A stretch of 40,110 nt of DNA from a virus. Taxonomy: Duplodnaviria; Heunggongvirae; Uroviricota; Caudoviricetes. The DNA lies in IMG/VR virus record IMGVR_UViG_2897369580_000002, one strand, 5' to 3'. Position 1 is the stretch's first letter. Each line of letters opens with the position of its first letter. A program made the position numbers and the translations under genes. The notes below the pieces were generated by a model. The model saw only the letters and a list, made by a program, of their open reading frames with translations, made no database searches and was not told where the DNA came from. Shown piece by piece: positions 8,321 through 16,762 of this stretch.

Positions 8321-8881
8321 CTACATTGATATATGATTCATAAAGTAGCTTAAAGATTTACTTCCCAGAAAAGAAATTTCTTTTCCTGGATATGTCGCAA
8401 TAATTGAGCATGACTTATCCCCGTTAGAGGTAACAAATCCTGAATAACCTACTTGTTCTTTACCATTTTGTTGCTTGGCTAAAAAGTAGAGGTAGCTTAT
8501 CTTTTTGCCCTCTGGGTAAAACTCTGCCAAACCAGTATCGGTGATTGAATATTTTATTCTCCCGCCTTGAGTAACGTTTTCCATCTCAAGTTTAGCTATG
8601 TCTTTTCTGTTGTATTCAGCATTGATTTTCCTTTCGAAATCAATGTTGTTTTCAAATGAGTAGGAAGCAACAGTCTGAATAGATGGGAACACGTTTATCT
8701 GGATGCCCCCACAGTCGGCACAGGTATAAAGGTATGAATCAGATGGAATCCCCATAAAAGAAAACTGAGTTACCTTAAATTTATCGCTATCTCCAAAGTA
8801 TTGAAGTTCGCATTTAACATTTTGCCCTGCAAAAGAAAATGCAGACATCAATATTGAAACAAAAAATATAATTGCCTTCAT
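8321..8881 (-). CDS. secreted protein of unknown function (AT-rich, end of structural operon)
   Basis: ATG; signal peptide MKAIIFFVSILMSAFSFAG; AT-rich coding; directly follows the 849-aa internal protein. Confidence 0.55.
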   Translation of the reverse strand: MKAIIFFVSILMSAFSFAGQNVKCELQYFGDSDKFKVTQFSFMGIPSDSYLYTCADCGGIQINVFPSIQTVASYSFENNIDFERKINAEYNRKDIAKLEMENVTQGGRIKYSITDTGLAEFYPEGKKISYLYFLAKQQNGKEQVGYSGFVTSNGDKSCSIIATYPGKEISFLGSKSLSYFMNHISM

Positions 8882-8883
8882 TA

Positions 8884-11433
8884 TTATTTACCTAGCATGA
8901 ACTGCGATGGTGGGATCAGAAAGTCGTTCCCCTGCTCACGCTCAACACGGCGCTGATAACGCTCAAGAGAGCCTGGGTCAAGGGCATCTTGTATCCGGTT
9001 CAATATTAAACCATTCATCGCCGTACGAAGCCAGAACACGTTGAGGAATGGCGTATTGTCAAGTGCCGTGCGATACCAGTCACCCAAATCTGCATCCCCT
9101 CTCGTGGTCTGCTGGAGCAGCGTGATAATGCTGTCAGCGTTCGATGCTGCTGGCCCCATTAGCGACGTAACCGGCCCGGCCCCCATGCGGTTGACCTCAC
9201 CAAACATGAAGTCACCCAAGATGCCAAGACCGCCCCCCTGAGATGCGGCTGCGAGAAACGTCTTGGCATCTGCCGGGCGTGGTGTTTGCCCTTTCAGCAT
9301 GAGTTTTGACTGCATGGAGATATAACCAAACATAGTCGCCCAGACAAAGAGGTTTGCAGCACCAAGGAAAGCCCCCTTCCCGTTACGTAGCAGCGCATTC
9401 GTCAGCGATCCGGTTTTCGACTCACCAAGCCCAGCAGGAATATAACCACGCCCGAATACTTCGCGTCCTAGTACGTTCTGCATGAAGCTTGCAGTGAACG
9501 ATTTGTACTGACCAGCGAATCGTATTGCTTCCCCAGCCACCGTTCCTGGCACCGTGCCCATCTTCATAAACGCCTGCGTGCGATCGCCAGGCTCTGACAT
9601 GGCGATATTCAGACGGTCAAGGATGTAGCCGCGCAACTGCCCTTCCAATTGATCGCGTGCGTCAGCGATAGCGCGCTGCGTTGGTTTGATCCCCTTACTC
9701 TCTACATAACCGGCAATCACTTCGTCAGGCACGCCGCGGATGCCGCTGGTCGTCATGAACTTACGACCTTCGCTATCGGCCATGTCCATGTTGCGAAAAA
9801 TTTCCCACTCACGTTCGCCAATACCGTGCAGATCCAGCACGCGTCGCAGGTCTTCCGGTAGCCGCGCATGAGACTGGTCAGCATTCTTTGCAAGCCAGTT
9901 GGTTATCATCATGGCGTTGCTGTTGCGACCGCTCTCGGTCCAGAAGTTCATGAGGTTGTACTTAAAGAAAAGCTGCTGCGCGCGACCAAGCTTTCCATTC
10001 AGCGTGTCATCACCAGATATGCGCCGGATGATTTCCTGCGTCATGGAGTCGGAATAAACTCCGATAGAGGAAAGGATCTCTTTCTGCTCCGCGCTGTTGT
10101 AACGCGTGAAGCGGCCTCTCATAGCACCAAGCAACGCCTGCATAAAATTCTGCCCTTGGTAGCGCATCTCGGTAGCGGCGATAGGCACGTCGTTAAACGA
10201 TGAGATTACCGCGCCACCAAGTTGGCTCATACGCAACCAGCCGCGTACAGCCGCCGACGCATTGGCCCAGCCTACGCTGCCAGGAATATTTAGCGAGCCG
10301 TCAACCTGCGGCATTACGGTACGGTTAATGCGACGCACCTTCGTCATGTAGTCAGCCAACGCTGCCGGTCTTCCGGATTTGCTGATATCTTCAGCAATGG
10401 CGTCCGTCAGGTACTTAAACATGTTCTGTGGGTTAGTGCCCAGTACGCGCATCATGCCCGTTGTGCGGGCAGCGCTGTTTAAGCCACCAAACAGCGCTTC
10501 TCGCAGGCTGCCGGTGCCGAATTGCTGGTTGTACTCGTGCCACGAGATACCATCTTTGAAGTGCAAAATTCGCTCTTGGCTGGCGCGTTTAGCTGCGTTC
10601 GCCGATCCCTTAAAGCCATTCATCCAATCGGGCTTTTCAGATGTAAGATGCACGCCGGAAGCCAGCCCGTTATAAATGTTACGCATGAACTGCTCGCGGT
10701 CAGCCACGCCGTCAAAAGTGCGCTCATCAAGGCGCGGGAGAATAGCATTTCGCCATGCTTCATAACCTGCGGCGCGGATCTTCATGATGTCGTGTGACTG
10801 GCGCACTATATAGCCCGGCTCTTTGCGTATCCATGCCCCGGCGCGGTTCTCATCAATGCGCGCAGTTTCCTGCCATTTCATGATGATTTGTGCAGCGCTT
10901 ACGGATTGCTTTGTCATACCGTCAGTTGACTGCCCGCGCCCTATGCGCCACATTGCATCGGCAATTTCCCGGTCATTGCTGCCGCTGGCGATGAATTGCA
11001 CCAGCCCGGCACGGTCAAAATCGTAGTTGATACCGGAATGATACTTGCCGCGCAGTTGCGCCACCTCCGAAGATACCGACCGGCGGGCGCCGGTACGCGC
11101 ATCGTTGCGGCCAACCAGCATTGCTTCAAGCCCGATATCCGGGCGGTCTTTCCAGATAGTACGAAGCTCTCTAAGTCGTTGTGCGGCAATACGGGCGTCG
11201 ATTGCCTTATTGCGAGCCTCAATCTGTTTTGCCAGCATATCGGCATTGCTCAGTTCTTCCGCTGCGCGCATCGCGGCCTCTTCCAGAGACAGCGCCTCAT
11301 TGGTCGCCAGAATTCGCCTAGTGGTGTCGTTCATGTCACGCACCAGCGACTCCATCTCATCGGAAGAAAGCTCGCGACCAGCGGCAGCATTTACACTGCG
11401 CTCGCACTGCGTCAAAAATTCGTTTGCTGCCAT
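8884..11433 (-). CDS. large internal virion / ejection protein
   Basis: ORF-track start at 11436 is GTG; ATG at 11433 with RBS GGGGGA overlaps the stop of the upstream gene (ATGA); large mostly helical protein in the structural block. Confidence 0.6.
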   Translation of the reverse strand: MAANEFLTQCERSVNAAAGRELSSDEMESLVRDMNDTTRRILATNEALSLEEAAMRAAEELSNADMLAKQIEARNKAIDARIAAQRLRELRTIWKDRPDIGLEAMLVGRNDARTGARRSVSSEVAQLRGKYHSGINYDFDRAGLVQFIASGSNDREIADAMWRIGRGQSTDGMTKQSVSAAQIIMKWQETARIDENRAGAWIRKEPGYIVRQSHDIMKIRAAGYEAWRNAILPRLDERTFDGVADREQFMRNIYNGLASGVHLTSEKPDWMNGFKGSANAAKRASQERILHFKDGISWHEYNQQFGTGSLREALFGGLNSAARTTGMMRVLGTNPQNMFKYLTDAIAEDISKSGRPAALADYMTKVRRINRTVMPQVDGSLNIPGSVGWANASAAVRGWLRMSQLGGAVISSFNDVPIAATEMRYQGQNFMQALLGAMRGRFTRYNSAEQKEILSSIGVYSDSMTQEIIRRISGDDTLNGKLGRAQQLFFKYNLMNFWTESGRNSNAMMITNWLAKNADQSHARLPEDLRRVLDLHGIGEREWEIFRNMDMADSEGRKFMTTSGIRGVPDEVIAGYVESKGIKPTQRAIADARDQLEGQLRGYILDRLNIAMSEPGDRTQAFMKMGTVPGTVAGEAIRFAGQYKSFTASFMQNVLGREVFGRGYIPAGLGESKTGSLTNALLRNGKGAFLGAANLFVWATMFGYISMQSKLMLKGQTPRPADAKTFLAAASQGGGLGILGDFMFGEVNRMGAGPVTSLMGPAASNADSIITLLQQTTRGDADLGDWYRTALDNTPFLNVFWLRTAMNGLILNRIQDALDPGSLERYQRRVEREQGNDFLIPPSQFMLGK

Positions 11434-13130
11434 CACATCCCCCGGTTAATCATACAGGCGGCAAATGCCCGGAAAGCGTTGCTCATGCTATTGTCGCTGG
11501 CGTCGGCACGAATATCATTGAGTTTCTGGCGCAACGTGGTCGCAAGATCAGGGTTATCGACAGCGATATCGTCAAGCAGGGCGTTACTCAGGTTGAGCTC
11601 GTTATCAAGGTCTGCAGCGGCAGCGGTAATTTCATGATCTGCCTTTTGCGTTTCTTGATAAACCCGATCGGCTGTTTCGCTTGCTGGGCGAGCCGTTTCA
11701 TCAACCTGCCGTGCCGGGTTCTGTATGCGATGGATGGCGCGTTCACGCAGTGCTGGTTTGTGCAGTTCATAGAAGGGCTCAACATCTGGGCTACGTCCTT
11801 CCATCATGTGTGCCAGCGCAGCGCGATACGCCTGCTGGTTCACGTTCCAGTCAGCATCCCTGATGGCGCTTGCGGCAGTGCGAACTGCGCCAGCGACCGG
11901 CGACATCTGCATGCCGTCCAGGATCTGCTGCGCACGCTCGGAAATGGTGACTTTCAGGTCGTCGGGGATCTCGCCGCGGGAAATCTGAGACTGGCGCCAG
12001 CGCGCCTGCTCTGCTGTCGCGTTCTGCTCCAGCGATGTGTTGATCTCCTGATTGCGTGCAGCGATGGCGTCTTTCTCGGCCTGAATCTCTTTCAGTGCCC
12101 TAGAGCGCGCATCCTTAAACTTCATCCGCTGCCCCTGATACTTTTTGGTGCGCTGCTGCAGCGTCGCATCAAGCGAGTCAGCATGACGTTGATTAGCCGC
12201 AAGCTCGGCACGCAGGTCGGCAACGTTACCGATCTGCCCGCTCTGTAACTCCTGCTGGCGCGCCATATAGTCAGGAACCACGTCGTCATAAGCTCGGCTG
12301 TATGCGTAGCTCTCCGCTTCACTGGAAATGGCCGCCGCCAGATCTGCGTTAGCGCCAACCTCAGGGATATTCACGCCCGCCGGAATGTTGTCAGGCGTTA
12401 TCACTGGGGTTGGCTGCGCATCGCCAGAAAACGCCGGGGACTCTCCCGTTGCAGCATCGGGAACGCGACGCGGTCGCACGATATCGGCGATAAGGCCGCC
12501 GCCGGCATGCATTAGACCGCCAGCCATCGTGTTAAAGAAAGTACTTTCCAACGCGTTGCTATAGGTGAAGTCGTCACCTTCCGCCGCCGCTGCCAGCCCG
12601 GTAAGCGGCACGGTCACCAACGCCTGCGCTGCCCCCATGCGTGCACCAGCAACAAATCGCTCGCCAAATCGGCCAAGCACAGAAGCCGCCTTTGCTTCTC
12701 CAGCGAACGGAACCAGCGCCAGCGCCACGTTACCAGGATCTGCCATTGAACCAGCTAGGCTGGCTGCGAAATTAAGCGGCGTGGCTACCCACCCGCTCGG
12801 TGCCGACATCGCGATCTGCTGGCGTGCCAGAGAATCTTTGCGTTCGGCAATAACATGATCGAGAAAAGCCTGCGTAACGCCAGAATCTGGCACGTTTATG
12901 CTCTTTACGCCGTACTGCTTCAGGAGCTCATCCGCTTCCTGCTTACTGATAACTGTAGAGTTTGGGTCATTCGCCAGCGAGTCGGCCTGCGCAAAGCGGT
13001 AGCCGGACATGACCGGCCCCTCTTCAAATCCCTGCTTAAGGGAAGAAAGCAGCGATTCGCCAAGCCCTGCTGGCGCGTTGCCAATTGGCTGGTTAATTCC
13101 CTGTCCCGGATCATCTGTGTAAATTGGCAT
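11433..13130 (-). CDS. internal virion / ejection protein
   Basis: ATG start overlapping the upstream stop (TAACATG); Ala/Gly-rich N-terminal part and charged helical C-terminal part. Confidence 0.55.
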   Translation of the reverse strand: MPIYTDDPGQGINQPIGNAPAGLGESLLSSLKQGFEEGPVMSGYRFAQADSLANDPNSTVISKQEADELLKQYGVKSINVPDSGVTQAFLDHVIAERKDSLARQQIAMSAPSGWVATPLNFAASLAGSMADPGNVALALVPFAGEAKAASVLGRFGERFVAGARMGAAQALVTVPLTGLAAAAEGDDFTYSNALESTFFNTMAGGLMHAGGGLIADIVRPRRVPDAATGESPAFSGDAQPTPVITPDNIPAGVNIPEVGANADLAAAISSEAESYAYSRAYDDVVPDYMARQQELQSGQIGNVADLRAELAANQRHADSLDATLQQRTKKYQGQRMKFKDARSRALKEIQAEKDAIAARNQEINTSLEQNATAEQARWRQSQISRGEIPDDLKVTISERAQQILDGMQMSPVAGAVRTAASAIRDADWNVNQQAYRAALAHMMEGRSPDVEPFYELHKPALRERAIHRIQNPARQVDETARPASETADRVYQETQKADHEITAAAADLDNELNLSNALLDDIAVDNPDLATTLRQKLNDIRADASDNSMSNAFRAFAACMINRGM

Positions 13131-13131
13131 G

Positions 13132-15753
13132 TTATCGTCCTGATTGCTGGCCGTTCTGGAAAATGTTAATCAGGTTGTCGCGCTGACTTTCTGCGCTGTA
13201 TTCCTTAGACTGTCCGGGAGTATATTTCACCGGAGTATCAATGAACTTGGTAATGCTGTTCCATACTGATCGGTTGGTTGTTCCCAGTTTCGCCAGATCG
13301 TTGAACGGCACCGTAATCGGGTTGCCGTCGGCACCGTTGACGATCAGCCCGTTGAGCATCAGGGTAAGTCCTGTTTCGTCGCTGTTGGTAACCCACTGCG
13401 CATTATCACGAATGCGGGAGATACTCTGCTCACGGTTGACCTCATCAGGTAGCCTTGGGTCACCAATAAGCGGCATAATCTGATCTGCTGACAGGTTTTT
13501 CAGATACGCATTGGCACCATCGTTAACGTCACGAATATCTATCCCTGCACGCTTAGGTAGCCGCCAAGTGCCATTGGTCTGGTACTGCTCGCCGAGGATG
13601 TCCTGATACGCCTGTTTTGCTGCATCAGACGCCGACATTCCGCGCTGCATGTTGATGTAAGTAAGTCGTTTTCCCTGCTCGTTGAAGTTATTCCACACGG
13701 CAGTGCCACCAGGCTGAACAACCATCGTGCCAGCAAAATCTTTCGATTGGTCATTCCATGACGAGTCGGCGCTATCCGCGTCGGTTTTCTCAAGACTGCC
13801 GCGTAAGTCAGCAGTTTTAACGCTACGGTTTTGCCAGAGCGCATTTGCCGCGCGCGGGTTCTCGGTAGCCATGACAACCTGCAACGCAGGATAAGCGCTC
13901 TTCTGAACCTGCTGCATCACCTGATCCGAGTATTTGCCGAACGACTGCGCCACCGACTGAATGGCCTTTACGCTAGATTCCTGCGTGTTGTCAATACGCT
14001 GCAGTACGTCGTTGACCATGGACTCCGGTAAAACTTTTTTGCTCATTATCCCCAGGCGGTCTTTTTCAGACTGTATGCGGGAAACTAGGTATTCACCAGA
14101 TGAAGGGTCATTCAGGTACTGCTGGAATGCAGCCTGCACAACCGGAGAGTTTTGTTGCAGCCATGCCCCCGGATCCGCTTCCCGCGCCTTCAGTACCTGC
14201 CCAAGCTTGACCTTTGCCGATGCATAAAGCTCTGCTTTGTATTTAAAGTCAGGGTCGTTTTCCTGCGGTGCCATTGCCTGCACGGCGGCGGTACCCTGCT
14301 GGACGTTGCCCTGCATAATGGTCTGATAAACAGGTTGTAGCGTCATTGCCTGCTGGTATTGCTGGAAGGTTTTTTCCATCTGCAGGCGCTCGGCAGGCGC
14401 TGCCTGAAGCGGCATAACGGCGGCCCATTCGTGCGCTGAAATAGGCGTCACCTGCTTACCGGCCTCAATTTTGGATAGGTCGTCCTGCATTCGACTCTGT
14501 AGCGCAACGCGACCGGCTGAAGCCTGCATGTCGTACATGCCAGCAACCTTGCTCATCATCTGCGACTTTTTGTCCGGACTCATGGCGTTCCAGAATGGCT
14601 GTGCGATGAGGTTTTCCATCGTCGCAGATCCAGGAATAGCTCCAGCACTGCCAGTTACTTTTGCCACATAATTGCGCGTCTCGTCGTATGGGATAGCTGC
14701 GGCAAACTGGGCGTTACTGACTTCGCCTGTGCGCGGATCGCCAATCTGTTTAATCCAGCCGTCAACCTTTCCTGGGCCAGCGTTATAGGCAGCTACTGCC
14801 AGAACCGGGTTATTGTCGTATTTCTTCATCTGCGCGCCGAAATAAGCTTGCCCCAAGCGGGCATTATAGCGCGGGTCATTCAACCATTTATCTCGGTCCC
14901 ACGGCACGCCAGCAAGGCGGGCAGCTTCGGGGCCAGTATCTTCCGTCACCTGCGCTACGCCAACAGCGCCTTTTGGCGACACCAGAGGTGTTCCGTCCTT
15001 TCCGTACTGATTTCCGCCACTCTCCTGCCAGATTATTGCAGAGAATAACTGCGCCTCACTCGGTGTATCGGTTACCTCAATCTTGCCGTTCGGACCCATC
15101 ATCTGTTGATACATCGGCACATACCACGCCTCCGCCGCACCGTTCGCGGCATTCTCGCGCCACGAAACCCAGTTCTGTTCGATCTCTTCCTGACTCTGGC
15201 CGTGGGCTTCGCCGTAAGCGATGATGCTATGATATGCCTTCAATCCTGCCTGGTTTGCCATTGTCGGGTTACGGAACTGCATCGATAGGTTTTTTAGTGT
15301 CGCATCCTGCATATCCGCCTCATACTGGCGAACCTGTCCTATTTCGTACCTCCCGGCCTGCGTAGTGAACTGAATGCGCTGCTGCTGCGCCTGCTGCATG
15401 AAAGCATTACGAGCCTGTTCATCCGGCAGCGACATAGCCAGTTGTTCGACCTGAGCATCAAACTGCTGCGTATACTCATGGCCTTTTCCAATAGCATTTT
15501 TCCCTTTCAGGTTAAGCAATCCTGTTTCAGGATTATTCAGCAGATCGCTGCTTATCTGACTGAGGTTAAGAGATGCCTCCTGAGCCAGAGCGATATTGGC
15601 ACGCTGTTTTGCCTGCCCCAAAACATCAATTGCCTCTGTCCCTGCCCGAACAAAAGCATCACCAATACCTGGCTGAGAAAACGTCTGCAAGCCTGCTGAC
15701 TGAACTCCACGACTCTCAACCTGACGTCCGGATACTGTTGGTACGACTGGCAT
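13132..15753 (-). CDS. internal virion protein with lytic transglycosylase (SLT) domain
   Basis: SLT signature IIWQESGGNQYG ... AYNAGPGKV; start corrected to ATG at 15753 (RBS GGAGG, TAATG overlap with upstream stop) rather than 15828. Confidence 0.75.
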   Translation of the reverse strand: MPVVPTVSGRQVESRGVQSAGLQTFSQPGIGDAFVRAGTEAIDVLGQAKQRANIALAQEASLNLSQISSDLLNNPETGLLNLKGKNAIGKGHEYTQQFDAQVEQLAMSLPDEQARNAFMQQAQQQRIQFTTQAGRYEIGQVRQYEADMQDATLKNLSMQFRNPTMANQAGLKAYHSIIAYGEAHGQSQEEIEQNWVSWRENAANGAAEAWYVPMYQQMMGPNGKIEVTDTPSEAQLFSAIIWQESGGNQYGKDGTPLVSPKGAVGVAQVTEDTGPEAARLAGVPWDRDKWLNDPRYNARLGQAYFGAQMKKYDNNPVLAVAAYNAGPGKVDGWIKQIGDPRTGEVSNAQFAAAIPYDETRNYVAKVTGSAGAIPGSATMENLIAQPFWNAMSPDKKSQMMSKVAGMYDMQASAGRVALQSRMQDDLSKIEAGKQVTPISAHEWAAVMPLQAAPAERLQMEKTFQQYQQAMTLQPVYQTIMQGNVQQGTAAVQAMAPQENDPDFKYKAELYASAKVKLGQVLKAREADPGAWLQQNSPVVQAAFQQYLNDPSSGEYLVSRIQSEKDRLGIMSKKVLPESMVNDVLQRIDNTQESSVKAIQSVAQSFGKYSDQVMQQVQKSAYPALQVVMATENPRAANALWQNRSVKTADLRGSLEKTDADSADSSWNDQSKDFAGTMVVQPGGTAVWNNFNEQGKRLTYINMQRGMSASDAAKQAYQDILGEQYQTNGTWRLPKRAGIDIRDVNDGANAYLKNLSADQIMPLIGDPRLPDEVNREQSISRIRDNAQWVTNSDETGLTLMLNGLIVNGADGNPITVPFNDLAKLGTTNRSVWNSITKFIDTPVKYTPGQSKEYSAESQRDNLINIFQNGQQSGR

Positions 15754-16298
15754 TATAATCCTCCGGGTAATCTGGTTCCTGCTGCTGCCCCGATTGGCGC
15801 AGGAGTGCTTTGAGTAAACGGACTCCACGTCCCACCAAACATCTGGTACGCACCGTATGCCTTCAGAGGCGCAGTGAGCAATGTTGTTGCTGCTCCCACA
15901 TTCCCCTGTTTACGGGCTGAACTGGCTTCTGCTTTATAGTTGGCAGCCTGAACCTGATAACCGTAAGCCTCGCGTTGCGCGTTATTCACCGTCGTCAGCG
16001 AATCAAGAGCGCCGAACTGAGCAGTGTCACCAAATATATCCAGCGCGTTACCTGTAGATAAATCAGCGCCGGTAGCCCCCATTGTCGCCGCCTGTGTACC
16101 AAGCCGCTGTCGGGTCTCTCTGCGCCGTTGCTCAGCTTCAGCGTTACCTCTGTTTATTGCATCATTTGCCTGAGCTGTGGCTATATCTGCGTTCGCTTCT
16201 GCAACCTTCGAGGCATACTTTCCCTGTTGGTACTGGGTGTATGCCTGAATGCCACTCATGGCGAGCATTGCGCCACCAGCAATAACCGGATCGCACAT
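15753..16298 (-). CDS. virion structural protein (unknown function)
   Basis: ATG with RBS GGAGAGAA; translationally coupled on both sides. Confidence 0.5.
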   Translation of the reverse strand: MCDPVIAGGAMLAMSGIQAYTQYQQGKYASKVAEANADIATAQANDAINRGNAEAEQRRRETRQRLGTQAATMGATGADLSTGNALDIFGDTAQFGALDSLTTVNNAQREAYGYQVQAANYKAEASSARKQGNVGAATTLLTAPLKAYGAYQMFGGTWSPFTQSTPAPIGAAAGTRLPGGL

Positions 16299-16762
16299 TA
16301 TTTTCTCTCCATGTGAAATCTGTGGAAATTAAGACCAAGAGCACCATAAGGCGCGGCTTCTTCAAGCCTGAATCCAAGCCAGTGCAGCCATGCTTTGGCA
16401 ACATGGTTTCGCTCGTCGACGTAGTTTTCCAGGCGCGGATAAACTGCCAGCATCTGCTGCAATACAGGGCGGCAGTGGCGAAGAAATGTCTTCTGATATT
16501 TTTCAATACGGCTGGTTCCTACCAGCCAGGGCGTACCATTGCCACCGATCATTGACGCCGGAGATACGCCAAACATGGTTACCAGTTCTCCGTTCGCAAA
16601 TCCTGACCAGGCCATAGTCGCAGTGCGAAGACCAACACGCAGCGCATCTTCGGTAGTCATCAGTGATACCGCATACAGTTCGTCAATATCAGCCTGACGA
16701 ACATCCGGCAAAATCATCTGAAGATGCTCTTCGGTTGCGGGAATAATTTGAACATCGATCAT
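16298..16762 (-). CDS. hypothetical structural-module protein
   Basis: ATG overlapping upstream stop (ATGA); 154 aa; no confident domain call. Confidence 0.45.
   Translation of the reverse strand: MIDVQIIPATEEHLQMILPDVRQADIDELYAVSLMTTEDALRVGLRTATMAWSGFANGELVTMFGVSPASMIGGNGTPWLVGTSRIEKYQKTFLRHCRPVLQQMLAVYPRLENYVDERNHVAKAWLHWLGFRLEEAAPYGALGLNFHRFHMERK

Noticed and set aside
8306-8321. GTGACATGTCAC read as a CRP site
   Set aside because: CRP half-sites TGTGA/TCACA are separated by 6 bp in real sites; here the spacing is 4 bp.
10996-12248. Long plus-strand ORFs (213, 134 and 274 aa) overlapping the 849-aa and 565-aa minus-strand genes
   Set aside because: They lie antisense to well-supported, translationally coupled structural genes, have Ala/Arg/Ser-rich low-complexity translations typical of shadow ORFs, and lack RBS.
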